Source: Armatimonadota bacterium
GTDB taxonomy: Bacteria > Armatimonadota > Fimbriimonadia > Fimbriimonadales > GBS-DC
Length of the DNA: 36,929 nt
Direction of reading: 5' to 3'
Assembly: GCA_037444405.1 (NCBI GenBank)
Contig: JBBIML010000027.1
Location: 1-36,929 of the forward strand
The notes under the pieces are model-generated. The model saw only the letters and a program-made list of their open reading frames with translations. It ran no database searches and was not told the DNA's origin. This document shows positions 1-10,202 of this stretch, in pieces. The position numbers and the translations under genes were made by a program. Each line of letters begins with the position of its first letter. The stretch's first letter is position 1.

Positions 1-5
1 ATGTG

Positions 6-1934
6 TTACCACCCAGCGGTTTGTAGCCTACCTCTGAGGGATTGAAACTTAGTTCCCGACCGTGTACACGGTTTGTAGCCTACCTCTGAGGGATTGAAAT
101 GGTCAAAAAAGGTTTTGAGCCATTCGGTGGCGATGGGCACGGCGACCTCGCTGCCGTGCCCTGCTTCCTCCGCCATCACGCAGACTACCACGCGCGGGTT
201 GTCGGCAGGCGCGAAGGCAATAAACCATGAGTGGGTCTTACCGCCCTTGCGAAACTCGGCGGAACCCGTTTTGCCCGCCACCCGGATGCCGGCAATCTTC
301 GCCCGACGCGCCGTGCCCCGCTCCACCACGCCCACCATGCTCTCGATGATTGCGTCCCAGTTTTCGGGCGATGCCTGAATGCGACGGATCACTGCAGGCT
401 TCGCCGTGTACAGCGCGGAGCCGTCGGGCGCGATAATCTGGCGCACCAGATGCGGGCGATAGATGACGCCGCGATTGGCAATCCCCATCGTGGCGACCGC
501 CATCTGCAGGGGTGTGGTGAGCAGGTAGCCCTGCCCGATGCCGTAGTTGAGCGTCTCGCCACCGAACCAGGGCTGCTGGAGTGTGGCGCGTTTCCAGTCG
601 GGGTCGGGCACCAGCCCTTTGCGCTCGTGCGGCAGGTCGATGCCCGTCGGCTCGCCCAGCCCGAATAGCCGCGACCAGTGCGCCAGCCGCTCCGGACCCA
701 GCTTCTGCGCCGCGATGTAATAAAAGGTGTCGCACGATTGAGCGATGGAGTTATAGAAATCCACGAAGCCGTGCCGTCGCCAGCAGCGGAAGAATCGCCG
801 CCCCAGCTGATAGCCGCCCGGGCAGGAGACATGGGAGCGCGTGGTCAGCACGCCTGTCTCCAGCCCCGCGAGCGCGACGATGGGCTTGAAGGCGGAACCG
901 GGCGCGTAGGCAGACTGGATAGCCCGATTGTTGAGCGGGGCGCGCGGGTCGTTCAGCAGCGCACGCCAGATGTCGGAAGGGATGCGCGGCACGAACAGGT
1001 TGGGATCAAACGCGGGCTGGCTCGCGCATGCCAGCACCTCGCCCGTGCGCGGGTCCAGAGCCACCAGCGCGCCCACATGACCCTGCAGCAGTTCATGCGC
1101 CCGCTGCTGGAGCCTTGCATCGATGCTCAGCACCAGCCGTGCGCCGGGCACAGGCTCCAGCTGCTGGAGGGTGCGCACGCGCCGTCCCAGGGGCGTTACC
1201 TCCACCTGCTCGCCGCCGGGCAGACCGTGCAGGTAGCGTTCGTACTGGCGTTCCAGCCCGCTTTTGCCCACGAAGTCGGTGCCGTCATAGATGGCTCGGC
1301 GTGCGATGGGCGCCGTTTCATCTGCGCCTGCGAACCCGTCGCCAGCCGTCGCCTGCTGCTGGTAGTAGGTCAGCTCCTCTTCGGAAATCTGTCCCACATA
1401 GCCAATCAGGTGGGCGAACGCCTTACCATAGGGATACCAGCGCATCGCCTGCAGAGAGACCTCCACCTCTGGCAGGTTATACTGACTCTCCAGCAGGTCA
1501 ACCGCCTGTTCGTAGGTAACGCCCTTGCGTACAATCAGGGGCACATAGGGGTTGATGCGCGGGTTCATAATCAGTTCGCGCAGCTCGTCGGGCGACATCT
1601 TGAGTCGGCTGGCGACGAGCGGGATGCGCTGTGGGTTCTTGCGCAACAGGTCGGGCAGCACGCTGACCACGATCTGGGCGCGATTAGTGGCGAGTGTGCG
1701 CCCCTGACGGTCAACGATCAGCCCGCGCGGAGGCGGGATTCGTATCAGGCGCGTGCGCACCAGCTCCGCCCGCGTCGCCAGCTCCTCCCCATGCAGCACC
1801 TGCAGATACCAGAGCCGCGCCACCAGCGTCATCACCGCCAGCCCGATGAACACGAGCAGCGCATACTCGCGCGGCTGTATCGGACGCCTGTCTTCGGACC
1901 GGATGCCCAGATAGCGTTTCGGTCGTGCCTGCAT
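6..1934 (-). CDS. mrdA: Penicillin-binding protein 2 (class B transpeptidase)
   Basis: N-terminal TM, RLWYLQV, PPRGLIVDRQG, SAFK (SxxK), SCD, KTG motifs. Start placed at the second MQAR (1934), which has AAAGGA upstream; the ORF can extend to 2000. Confidence 0.93.
   Translation of the reverse strand: MQARPKRYLGIRSEDRRPIQPREYALLVFIGLAVMTLVARLWYLQVLHGEELATRAELVRTRLIRIPPPRGLIVDRQGRTLATNRAQIVVSVLPDLLRKNPQRIPLVASRLKMSPDELRELIMNPRINPYVPLIVRKGVTYEQAVDLLESQYNLPEVEVSLQAMRWYPYGKAFAHLIGYVGQISEEELTYYQQQATAGDGFAGADETAPIARRAIYDGTDFVGKSGLERQYERYLHGLPGGEQVEVTPLGRRVRTLQQLEPVPGARLVLSIDARLQQRAHELLQGHVGALVALDPRTGEVLACASQPAFDPNLFVPRIPSDIWRALLNDPRAPLNNRAIQSAYAPGSAFKPIVALAGLETGVLTTRSHVSCPGGYQLGRRFFRCWRRHGFVDFYNSIAQSCDTFYYIAAQKLGPERLAHWSRLFGLGEPTGIDLPHERKGLVPDPDWKRATLQQPWFGGETLNYGIGQGYLLTTPLQMAVATMGIANRGVIYRPHLVRQIIAPDGSALYTAKPAVIRRIQASPENWDAIIESMVGVVERGTARRAKIAGIRVAGKTGSAEFRKGGKTHSWFIAFAPADNPRVVVCVMAEEAGHGSEVAVPIATEWLKTFFDHFNPSEVGYKPCTRSGTKFQSLRGRLQTAGW
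19..100 (+). CRISPR. Trailer end of a CRISPR array: two 30-bp repeats (19-48, 71-100) with a 22-bp spacer (49-70); array probably continues left of the window
   Basis: GTTTGTAGCCTACCTCTGAGGGATTGAAAC at 19-48 and an identical copy at 71-100 except the last base (T). The ATTGAAAC 3' end is typical of type I-B/III repeats. Only two repeats are visible. Confidence 0.85.
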
Positions 1935-2008
1935 GGTTATCGTCCTTTTCAATCGTGGGTGCAGGGGCGCGGTTCCCGCGCCCGCACTGCGTGCCTGCAT
2001 GGTTATCG
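1924..2008. repeat. 19-bp direct repeat (1924-1942, 1990-2008) flanking a REP-like hairpin at the PBP1A/PBP2 junction
   Basis: CGTGCCTGCATGGTTATCG occurs twice, 66 bp apart, around GGGCGCGGTTCCCGCGCCC. Confidence 0.85.
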
Positions 2009-4279
2009 GAGACCATGTTTACGGCAATGGCGTTTCGGCTCGGAGCCTTTTGGAAAGGTGCGTCGTACCACCTCCGGGCAGTAGTCGGTGGCGAGCAGTC
2101 CTGTGTCGGCACAGATCAGCACCGACACCGTTTCGGGCGGTCTGGACGGTTGTGGCGGAGGCGATGGCGGGGGTGGTGGGCTGGTGCGGGGTGTGCCCGC
2201 TGGGATCGGCTGCGCGTTTTGACCAGCAGGGACAGGTTCAGGCTGGCTCGCAGGCGGCGGCACGGCAGGCTGGGCGAGTGTCGCCCCTACCTCCTGTTCA
2301 CCTGCGCCCCTCACCCCAACCCTCTCCCCAGAGGGGGGAGGGGGTTCAACTGTGTCTCTCTGCCCAGCGGGGGGAGAGGATATGGGTGAGGGGGGCGGCT
2401 CTTTGGGCAGCTGAGCATCGATTTTCAGCACCTGCTCCATCAAATCTGCCCAGATGCGGGTGCAGATGGTGCCACCAAAGATGCGTTGCATCGGCTTGTA
2501 TTCCCAGCGGTGCGTGCGCTCATCATAGTGGGCGCTGGCGACCCAGACCACCGCCAGATAGCGGTCGGTGTAGCCGATGAACCATGCGTCGCGGTAGTCG
2601 CTGGTGGTGCCCGTTTTGCCGCGCGCGTTCGGGATACGACTGGCGGCGCGCCCTGTGCCGCGCACAACCGCCTCGCGCAGAATCTCGTCGATCCAGCGTG
2701 CGCTCTGCTCCGACAGCACCCCTTCGAATACCTCCGCTTTCTGATCCAGCAGCACCACGCCGTCGCGATCGACCACGCGCCGAATGAGAATCGGCTTGAT
2801 GCGGTTGCCGTGTGTGGCGAACACAGTGAAGGCTTCCGCCATCTCGATGGGTTTGACAGCCGACGCGCCCAGCGCGATGGGCAGCACCGGTTCCAGCGGC
2901 GATTCGAAGCCGAACCGCTCGCGGGCGAACCGCACAATCGTGTCGGCGCCGACCATCATCCCCGCGCGAACCGCAGGGAGGTTCACCGAGAACGCCAGTG
3001 CGCGCGTGACAGTGATAGAGCCGCGGTATCGTCCATCGGCATTTTGCGGTCGCCAGGGGCGTCCCGGTACACCCGAGGGCAGGCTGATAGGCGCGTCCAG
3101 AATGCGGCTGGTGGGCGTAAGTTTGCCCAGCTCGAACGCGGTGGCGTACACGATGGGTTTGAACGCCGAACCCGGCTGGCGTCGTCCCTGCGTGATGGCG
3201 TTATATTGCGACTGATAGAAGTTGCGCCCGCCAACCAGGGCACGGATGCCACCCGTGCGAAGATCGATCAGCACAATCGCGCCCTGATTGACCCCGCGCG
3301 ATTCGAATTCGCGGATACCTCGCTCCAGCGCCTGCTCGGCAGCTGCCTGCATCTGGGAATGAAGCGTGGTGTACACCTTCATGTTGCCCTGCAGCAGCAG
3401 CTCGCGCCCGTAGAGGTCTTCCAGCTGGCGTAAAGTTTCCATCACGGCGTAGGGCGCACGGAACTGCATACGCGGGCGACGCTTCGTCAGGCGCAACGGC
3501 TCCTTTTTGGCGGCGTCGCGCTGGGCGGGCGTGATATAGCCCTCCCGCGCCATCAAATCCAGCACCAGATTGCGCTGGCGAATCGCCTCGTCAGGATTGC
3601 CGAACGGCTCGTATGCCGATGGGCGTTGCGGCAGAGCCGCTAACAGGGCGCATTCTGCCAGCGTGAGCTGATCCAGCGACTTGTTGAAATAGACCCGCGC
3701 CGCCGCCTTGACCCCATACGCGCCGTTGCCGTAATAGACCTGATTGAGGTACAGCTCCAGAATGCGCTCCTTGCTCAGGCGACGCTCCAGCTCCTGCGCC
3801 AGAATAATCTCCTGCAGCTTGCGACTGACCGTGCGTCGCTGGGTGAGGAAGGCGTTGCGAGCTAACTGCTGGGTCAGCGTGCTGCCACCCTGCTGAATCT
3901 CGCCCTGCGTGAGGTTGATCCACGCGGCGCGGGCGACCCCACGCCAGTCGACCCCATGATGGCGCCAGAACCGCCGATCCTCTTTGGCAATCGTGGCATT
4001 GATAAGGTGTTTTGGAATCTCGCTCAGCGCGGCAGGTTCGCGGTATTCTTCAGCGATACGCGCCAGCAGCACACCATCGGCAGAGTAGATATAGCTCGCC
4101 TCGCGCGGCTTGTAGTTTTCCAGCACCTCGACGGAGGGCATCATCTGCGCCACCTGGTAGTACAGCACGCCGACGAAGGTCATGGCGCCCAGCATCAGGC
4201 TCAAAAAGAACAGCGCCAGATACGCCAGCAAACGCTTCCAGCGGCGACGCCTGCGACGCACTTTCATCACGCTACTCAT
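2003..4279 (-). CDS. Class A penicillin-binding protein (PBP1A family) with Pro-rich linker and short Cys/His C-terminal domain
   Basis: Transglycosylase motifs EDRRFWRHHG, GGSTLTQQL, RKLQE, LELYLN; transpeptidase SAFK, SVN, KTGT. Confidence 0.95.
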   Translation of the reverse strand: MSSVMKVRRRRRRWKRLLAYLALFFLSLMLGAMTFVGVLYYQVAQMMPSVEVLENYKPREASYIYSADGVLLARIAEEYREPAALSEIPKHLINATIAKEDRRFWRHHGVDWRGVARAAWINLTQGEIQQGGSTLTQQLARNAFLTQRRTVSRKLQEIILAQELERRLSKERILELYLNQVYYGNGAYGVKAAARVYFNKSLDQLTLAECALLAALPQRPSAYEPFGNPDEAIRQRNLVLDLMAREGYITPAQRDAAKKEPLRLTKRRPRMQFRAPYAVMETLRQLEDLYGRELLLQGNMKVYTTLHSQMQAAAEQALERGIREFESRGVNQGAIVLIDLRTGGIRALVGGRNFYQSQYNAITQGRRQPGSAFKPIVYATAFELGKLTPTSRILDAPISLPSGVPGRPWRPQNADGRYRGSITVTRALAFSVNLPAVRAGMMVGADTIVRFARERFGFESPLEPVLPIALGASAVKPIEMAEAFTVFATHGNRIKPILIRRVVDRDGVVLLDQKAEVFEGVLSEQSARWIDEILREAVVRGTGRAASRIPNARGKTGTTSDYRDAWFIGYTDRYLAVVWVASAHYDERTHRWEYKPMQRIFGGTICTRIWADLMEQVLKIDAQLPKEPPPSPISSPPAGQRDTVEPPPPSGERVGVRGAGEQEVGATLAQPAVPPPASQPEPVPAGQNAQPIPAGTPRTSPPPPPSPPPQPSRPPETVSVLICADTGLLATDYCPEVVRRTFPKGSEPKRHCRKHGLR
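2306..2396. repeat. Inverted pair of CCCTCACCCC..CCTCTCCC palindromic elements inside the PBP1A linker
   Basis: gcccctcaccccaaccctctcccca... and ...ggggagaggatatgggtgaggggggc resemble the intergenic copies at 14061, 27905 and 36115. Confidence 0.75.
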
Positions 4280-5471
4280 CCCTGCTGAACCCCCTCAGGC
4301 GTACAATCGCGTCGATGAGCCGTTGCGCCGCGACGCGCTTGGGCAACAGCGGCAACGGTTCGATGCGCCCGTCCGCATAGAGCAATGTGAGCCGATTGGT
4401 GTCCACCTCGAAGCCGCTCTCTGGCTCCAGCACATCGTTGACGGCGATCAGGTCAAGCCCCTTCTGAAGGAGCTTCTGGTGGGCGTGTTCGAGCGCCTTA
4501 TCGGTCTCGGCGGCGAAGCCTACCAGCAACCGATGTCCTTTGCGCGGGGCGACCGTGCCCAGAATGTCGGGGTTCGGCACAAGGCGCAGATGCCAGCCGC
4601 GGTTGCCCCGTTTGCGCTTCTGGGGATAGACCCGTTCAGGGCGATAGTCCGCGACTGCCGCGACACTGATGAATATGTCGCAGCTCTCAAACTGTTCCAG
4701 CACCGCCTGCAACATCTGTTCGGCGGTCTGCACGCGGATCAGCTTCACGCCAGCGGGCGGCTGGAGCGCAGTCGGACCCGAGATCAGCACCACATCGGCG
4801 CCGCGCTCGGCAGCGGCTTGCGCCACCGCATAGCCCATCTTGCCGCTGGAGCGGTTGCCAATAAAGCGCACCGGATCGATCGGCTCATAAGTTGGACCGG
4901 CGGTCACCAGCACGCGAACGCCGTTAAGTTCATTTGCGCGTTGCAGGCGTTGTTCAACCGCCTCGATGATGGTCGGTGTGTCGGCGATTTTGCCCCAGCC
5001 TTCGTCGCCACACGCCATGATGCCGTAGGTGGGGTCGATGAACTCCACGCCGCGCGCCTGCAGGGTCTGCACATGGAGCTGGGTGGTGGGATGCGTCCAC
5101 ATGGCGGGGTTCATCGCGGGCGCAATCAGGATCGGTGCGCAGGTCGCCAGCGCGATGGTGGTCAGCATATCGTCTGCCAGCCCCAGCGCGAGGCGGGCAA
5201 TCGTGTGCGCGGTGGCAGGCGCGATCAGAATCAGATTGGCGTCCTGCGCCAGACGGATATGCGCGATCTGACCGGGCAGGGGTTCATCGAAGGTGTCGAC
5301 CGTGACGGGGTTGCCAGTGAGCGCGGCGAAGGTGGCGGGAGCAATCAGGCGGGTGGCGTGCGGGGTCATCACCACATGCACGGTATGCCCACGATGCATC
5401 AGCTCCCGCGCCACATCGCACGCCCGATATGCCGCCACACTGCCACAGACACCCAGCACAATCCGCGCCAC
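4272..5471 (-). CDS. coaBC: Bifunctional phosphopantothenoylcysteine decarboxylase/synthetase
   Basis: GVCGSVAAY, APATA, PAMN, TAGPTYEPIDPVRFIGNRSSGKMG, VGFAAET. Confidence 0.97.
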   Translation of the reverse strand: MARIVLGVCGSVAAYRACDVARELMHRGHTVHVVMTPHATRLIAPATFAALTGNPVTVDTFDEPLPGQIAHIRLAQDANLILIAPATAHTIARLALGLADDMLTTIALATCAPILIAPAMNPAMWTHPTTQLHVQTLQARGVEFIDPTYGIMACGDEGWGKIADTPTIIEAVEQRLQRANELNGVRVLVTAGPTYEPIDPVRFIGNRSSGKMGYAVAQAAAERGADVVLISGPTALQPPAGVKLIRVQTAEQMLQAVLEQFESCDIFISVAAVADYRPERVYPQKRKRGNRGWHLRLVPNPDILGTVAPRKGHRLLVGFAAETDKALEHAHQKLLQKGLDLIAVNDVLEPESGFEVDTNRLTLLYADGRIEPLPLLPKRVAAQRLIDAIVRLRGFSRDE

Positions 5472-5503
5472 ACTTAGATTGTACCCCGCTTGACCAATGC
5501 TGA

Positions 5504-6553
5504 CTACCGCGTGCGGGTGACTTTTTGCAGACCGCGCGGCTGGTCGGGGTTCAGGTCGCGGGCGAGCGCAAGGTGATAGGCGAACAGCTGCCCCAGCACC
5601 GCATACACGATGGGCGAGACCGTTTCGGGCACTTTGACGGGCAGCTCGATGGGGGTGCGGGCAAAGCGCAAAATTTCGGGGTCGCGGGCGAAGATGATCG
5701 TCTCTGCACCACCCTCACGCAGGCGCTGCGCCGATTCCAGCACCGTCGGGAAGGTCGCGCCATCGGGCGCGAACAGCAGGCACGGAAAGCCCGCCTCTAT
5801 CAGCGCGAACGGTCCATGCATGAAGTCGGCGACCGAGTAGGCTTTGCACACCACATAGCAGGTCTCGATGAGCTTCAGGGCGGTCTCTTCGGCAGTCGCC
5901 TGATTGATGCCCCGCGCCAGCGCCACGCACTCGCGCACATAGCGGTAGCGGTCCACCGCCTGCTGGATGACCGCCTCCTGCTGGAGCGCTTCGGCAACCA
6001 TCTGGGCGGTCGCGTGCAGTTTGTCGGGCGCGTCGCTGGCGCCCTTGAGCGCGTGCGCCAGCAGATAGATAACAGCGAGCGTGCCCGTGTAGGTTTTGGT
6101 GGCAGCCACACTGCGTTCCGTGCCTGCGCGCACCCACAGGTGCAGGTGGCTCGCCTGCGCTAATGGCGATTGCGGGTTGTTGGTGATGCTCAGCGTGAGT
6201 GCGCCGCGCTCCCGCGCATGGGCAACATACTCGATCACATCGGGCGCCTCGCCCGATTGGGAGATGCCCACCACCAGACAGCGATTCAGGTTCAGGCTCG
6301 CCCGATAGAGCGTCACCACCGACGGCGTTGCCAGCCCGCACGGCAGCCCGTTCTCTATCTGAAACAGATATTGAAAATATCGGGCGGCGTTATCGGAGGT
6401 GCCGCGCGCGGCTAACAACACATAGAGCGTATCGGCTTGCTGGATGCGTGCTGCCGCCTCGCGAATCGCATGCCATTCCTGATCGGCGATTCGGGTCAAC
6501 ACCGCTGGCTGCTCGCCGATTTCCGCCCGCATGAAGTGTTCATTCGCCTGCAT
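5504..6553 (-). CDS. SIS-domain sugar-phosphate isomerase/deaminase (GlmS isomerase-like, no glutaminase domain)
   Basis: [41 protein letters not shown]; start MQANEHF overlaps the upstream stop (TAATG). Confidence 0.9.
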   Translation of the reverse strand: MQANEHFMRAEIGEQPAVLTRIADQEWHAIREAAARIQQADTLYVLLAARGTSDNAARYFQYLFQIENGLPCGLATPSVVTLYRASLNLNRCLVVGISQSGEAPDVIEYVAHARERGALTLSITNNPQSPLAQASHLHLWVRAGTERSVAATKTYTGTLAVIYLLAHALKGASDAPDKLHATAQMVAEALQQEAVIQQAVDRYRYVRECVALARGINQATAEETALKLIETCYVVCKAYSVADFMHGPFALIEAGFPCLLFAPDGATFPTVLESAQRLREGGAETIIFARDPEILRFARTPIELPVKVPETVSPIVYAVLGQLFAYHLALARDLNPDQPRGLQKVTRTR

Positions 6554-7242
6554 TATGGCAGAATTGTACCTGTGAGCAGAAGGGCGTCGGCGTTCAGCTG
6601 GGCGAGCGTGCTGTCCCACTGGTCGGGCGTCGCGTTCCAGAGCGGTTCGGCGATTTCGACAATCGCGCCGACACGCCGCGCCCGCGCTTCGGGCAGCAGC
6701 ACCTGCAGGGCGTCAGGGCGGTTCGGCAGCAGGGCGACCTCGAAGGCGTCGTGCGTGCGCCAGAGCGCAAGCATGCGCAACGGCTCGCCATACGCTGCCA
6801 GCCCAATCGCGCCTATCTGCGCCTCCTGACGCGCCAGCTCCAGCGCCTCCAGCGCACCGCTCAACTGCGCCTCGGTGGGCGCATACGCCAGATTCAGGAA
6901 GTAATAATCGCAGCAGTCGCGCCCGATGGAGCAGAGAATCTCGATCAAATGCGCCTGCACGGCGTGCGCGGCGCGCTGGCTGTCAGGCGCGTAAGCCAGC
7001 AGATGCGGCGGTGCGACGACCGCCACCTGCAACGCGGGCTGATGTACGCGCAGAGCCTGCCCCCAGAAACCGTGCGACGGCGTGATGTCCAGCACCTCCA
7101 CGCCAAGCGACCGCAACCGCTCAAAAAAGGCAGCGACCTGCGCCTCGCCAGGCTCGTCGGCTGGCAACGCGCCGCGCACCCACAAAGGGAACAGGAGTCG
7201 ATTCGTCCGTCCCAGCAACCGCTTCTGCACATCTGCAAGCAT
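6553..7242 (-). CDS. Degenerate aldo/keto reductase-fold protein
   Basis: RLLGRT start, [27 protein letters not shown] echo AKR motifs; catalytic Tyr/Lys/His not apparent. Confidence 0.6.
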   Translation of the reverse strand: MLADVQKRLLGRTNRLLFPLWVRGALPADEPGEAQVAAFFERLRSLGVEVLDITPSHGFWGQALRVHQPALQVAVVAPPHLLAYAPDSQRAAHAVQAHLIEILCSIGRDCCDYYFLNLAYAPTEAQLSGALEALELARQEAQIGAIGLAAYGEPLRMLALWRTHDAFEVALLPNRPDALQVLLPEARARRVGAIVEIAEPLWNATPDQWDSTLAQLNADALLLTGTILP

Positions 7243-7275
7243 ACCCGCAGGCGGTGTGGGGTATGCTCTCTACGG

Positions 7276-9132
7276 ATGGATTACGATGTGATAGTGGTGG
7301 GGACGGGTCATGCAGGTTGTGAGGCGGCGCTGGCAGCGGCACGGCTCGGCTGCCGCACGCTCGCCCTCACGCTCAACATCGAGCGCACGGCACATATGCC
7401 CTGCAACTGCTCCATCGGTGGTCCCGCCAAAGGGCATCTGGTGCGCGAAATCGACGCGCTCGGCGGGCAGATGGGCATCAACACCGATTTAACGCTGACC
7501 CACATTCGCTTTGTGGGCACGGGCAAGGGACCCGCCGTGCGCACCCTACGCGCCCATGCCGACAAAGCGCTTTATCCCGCGCAGATGCTCGCCACACTCC
7601 GCCAGCAGCCGAACCTGACACTGATGGAAGCCCGCGTCGACGGCTTGCTGGTGAGGAGCGACACCTGCTACGGGGTTCGCACGCCCGACGGCGAGATCAC
7701 GGCGCATGCCGTCGTGCTGACCACCGGCACCTTTCTGAACGGGCTATGCCATATCGGGGAGCGCAAGATTCAGGCGGCGCGGTTCGGCGACCCGCCCGCC
7801 ACAGGGCTGACCGCCGCTCTCCAGCAGCTCGGCTTCCGAATCGGACGCTTCAAGACCGGCACCACGCCCCGCATCGATAAAAAGAGCGTCGATCTCTCCC
7901 GCCTGACAGAAGTGCCCTCGGAGCCGTGCCCGCCGTTTTCATATCGGCATGACCGCCTGCAGCCACCGCGCCCGCTGCTGCCCTGCTGGCAAACCTTCAC
8001 CAACGAGCGCACGCACGCTATCATCCGCGAGAACCTGCACCGCTCCGCGATGTACGGCGGGCATATCGTCGGCATCGGACCGCGCTACTGCCCCAGCATC
8101 GAAGACAAAATCGTGCGATTCCCCGACAAGGAGCGCCATCCCGTGTTCCTGGAGCAGGAGTACTGGGACAGGGACGACCTCTATGTGCAGGGGATGTCCA
8201 CCAGCCTGCCCGAAGAGGTACAGCTGGCGTTTCTGCGCACTCTGCCAGGGCTGGAAGAGGTGGTGATGATACGCCCCGGCTATGCGGTGGAGTACGACAT
8301 GGTGTATCCCGACCAGCTTCACCCGACGCTGATGACCAAACGGGTGCGCGGGCTGCTCCTTGCGGGGCAGATCAACGGCACATCGGGCTATGAGGAAGCC
8401 GCCGCGCAGGGGCTGATTGCGGGCATCAACGCCGCGCTGTATGTTAAACGCCGTGAGCCGCTCGTGCTGGATCGCAGCAGCAGCTATATTGGCGTGCTGA
8501 TTGATGATCTGGTGACCAAAGGCGTGGAAGACCCCTATCGAATGCTGACGGGTCGCGCCGAGCATCGGCTGCATCTGCGCCACGATAACGCCGACGAACG
8601 CCTCACACCCATCGGACGCGCGATCGGGCTGGTGGACGACGAGCGCTGGCGACGCTTTCAGGCGCGACAGGCGCAGATTCAGGCGGAGCTGGAACGGCTG
8701 GAGCGCATCGAAATCAGCGGGCGGCACAACCCGCAACTCGTCGCACTGGGGGGCACACCCGTGAACGAGCGCATCACCGCGCGCGAATACCTGCGCCGCC
8801 CCGAAGTCTCACACGCCATGCTGACCCATCTCTTCCCGCCAGAGACGCCCATCCCGCCCGAAATCGCCGAGGCGGTGGAGATCCGCGTCAAATATGACAT
8901 CTACCTGCGCAAGCAGCAGCAACAGATCGAAAAGATGCGCAAGATGGAAGATTGGCTCATCCCGGGCGATATCAATTACGAGTCGTTGACGGCGATTTCG
9001 CGCGAGTCGCGCGAGAAGCTCGCACGGGTACGCCCTCGCACGATAGGTCAGGCGGCGCGTATCCCTGGCGTGCGCCCCGCCGACATCGCCTGCCTGATGG
9101 TCTATCTCTATCAGCGAAGCGTGCAACCGTGA
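7276..9132 (+). CDS. mnmG: tRNA uridine-5-carboxymethylaminomethyl(34) synthesis enzyme MnmG (GidA)
   Basis: [55 protein letters not shown]. Confidence 0.98.
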   Translation: MDYDVIVVGTGHAGCEAALAAARLGCRTLALTLNIERTAHMPCNCSIGGPAKGHLVREIDALGGQMGINTDLTLTHIRFVGTGKGPAVRTLRAHADKALYPAQMLATLRQQPNLTLMEARVDGLLVRSDTCYGVRTPDGEITAHAVVLTTGTFLNGLCHIGERKIQAARFGDPPATGLTAALQQLGFRIGRFKTGTTPRIDKKSVDLSRLTEVPSEPCPPFSYRHDRLQPPRPLLPCWQTFTNERTHAIIRENLHRSAMYGGHIVGIGPRYCPSIEDKIVRFPDKERHPVFLEQEYWDRDDLYVQGMSTSLPEEVQLAFLRTLPGLEEVVMIRPGYAVEYDMVYPDQLHPTLMTKRVRGLLLAGQINGTSGYEEAAAQGLIAGINAALYVKRREPLVLDRSSSYIGVLIDDLVTKGVEDPYRMLTGRAEHRLHLRHDNADERLTPIGRAIGLVDDERWRRFQARQAQIQAELERLERIEISGRHNPQLVALGGTPVNERITAREYLRRPEVSHAMLTHLFPPETPIPPEIAEAVEIRVKYDIYLRKQQQQIEKMRKMEDWLIPGDINYESLTAISRESREKLARVRPRTIGQAARIPGVRPADIACLMVYLYQRSVQP

Positions 9133-10202
9133 GCGTGCTTTACAAAGCGGTCGGGATTGTGGAGCAGGTGGTGCGTGAGCGGTCGGGCGTGCAGTACCTG
9201 CAGGTACGCACAGGTGCGGAGCGGCGCAACGCGCTCAACTACATCGTGCTTAATGGACGCCTGCAAGCAGGCGATACCGTGCTGCTCAACACCACCGCGA
9301 CCGCGCTGAATCTGGGCACCGGCGGCTACGATTTTGTGATTGCTGTGTTGCCCCCCATCGCCCCCGCGTGCGGGGGAGAGGGTACGGGTGAGGGGGAGCT
9401 GCTGATGCGGTTGCGCTACACACCGTTGCAGTTCGCCGCGCCCGCTGCAGAGAATCGCTATCCCGACGCGCTCACAGGCACGCTGGAGGGGATGCCCGCC
9501 GTCGCGATCCTGCTGCACAGCCATCTGACACCTGTGGTGGGCGCGATTCGCTACGCGCGCCCCGACGCCCGAATCGTCTACATCATGACCGATTCGGCGG
9601 CGCTCGCGCTCGGCTTCAGCGAGGTGGTGAGCTGGCTCACGGAGCGCGGCTGGCTGGCGGGAACCATCACGGTCGGGCAGGCGTTCGGGGGGCAACTGGA
9701 GGCGGTGAACCTCTACAGCGCGTTGTTGCTTGCCCGCCACGCGCTGAACGCCGATTTCGTGGTGGTCGGTCAGGGTCCGGGCAATCTGGGCACGGGCACG
9801 CGCTGGGGCTTTTCGGGTCTCGATCAGGGGCTGGCGCTGAACGCCATCGGCACGCTCGGCGGTCAGCCCGTCGCGGCGCTGCGCATCAGCTTCGGCGACG
9901 CCCGCGCGCGCCATCAGGGCGTGAGCCACCACTCGCTGACCGTTTTGAGCCGGGTCGCGCTGCTGCCCTGCACGGTCGCGGTGCCGCAACTGCCCGCTGA
10001 CCAGATGGAGCGGGTGCTGAACGATTTGCAAGGCGCGGCGATACCAGATCGCCACACCCTGCACATTATCGATGCCGATGCCGCGCTGGAATGGCTTCTC
10101 GATCAGGGGGCGATCCTGACCACGATGGGGCGCGACGCCGATGCAGAACGCGCCTACTTCCTCGCCGGCTGTGCCGCAGGCTTGCTGGCAACCCGGCTTT
10201 AG
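9129..10202 (+). CDS. DUF3866 family protein
   Basis: [55 protein letters not shown] start overlaps the mnmG stop. Confidence 0.85.
   Translation: MSVLYKAVGIVEQVVRERSGVQYLQVRTGAERRNALNYIVLNGRLQAGDTVLLNTTATALNLGTGGYDFVIAVLPPIAPACGGEGTGEGELLMRLRYTPLQFAAPAAENRYPDALTGTLEGMPAVAILLHSHLTPVVGAIRYARPDARIVYIMTDSAALALGFSEVVSWLTERGWLAGTITVGQAFGGQLEAVNLYSALLLARHALNADFVVVGQGPGNLGTGTRWGFSGLDQGLALNAIGTLGGQPVAALRISFGDARARHQGVSHHSLTVLSRVALLPCTVAVPQLPADQMERVLNDLQGAAIPDRHTLHIIDADAALEWLLDQGAILTTMGRDADAERAYFLAGCAAGLLATRL

Noticed and set aside
6751..7275. N-terminal extension of MnmG (similarly the extensions of SIS, rplU, ychF-like and DUF3866 ORFs)
   Set aside because: Overlaps other genes or promoters; family homology begins at the downstream starts
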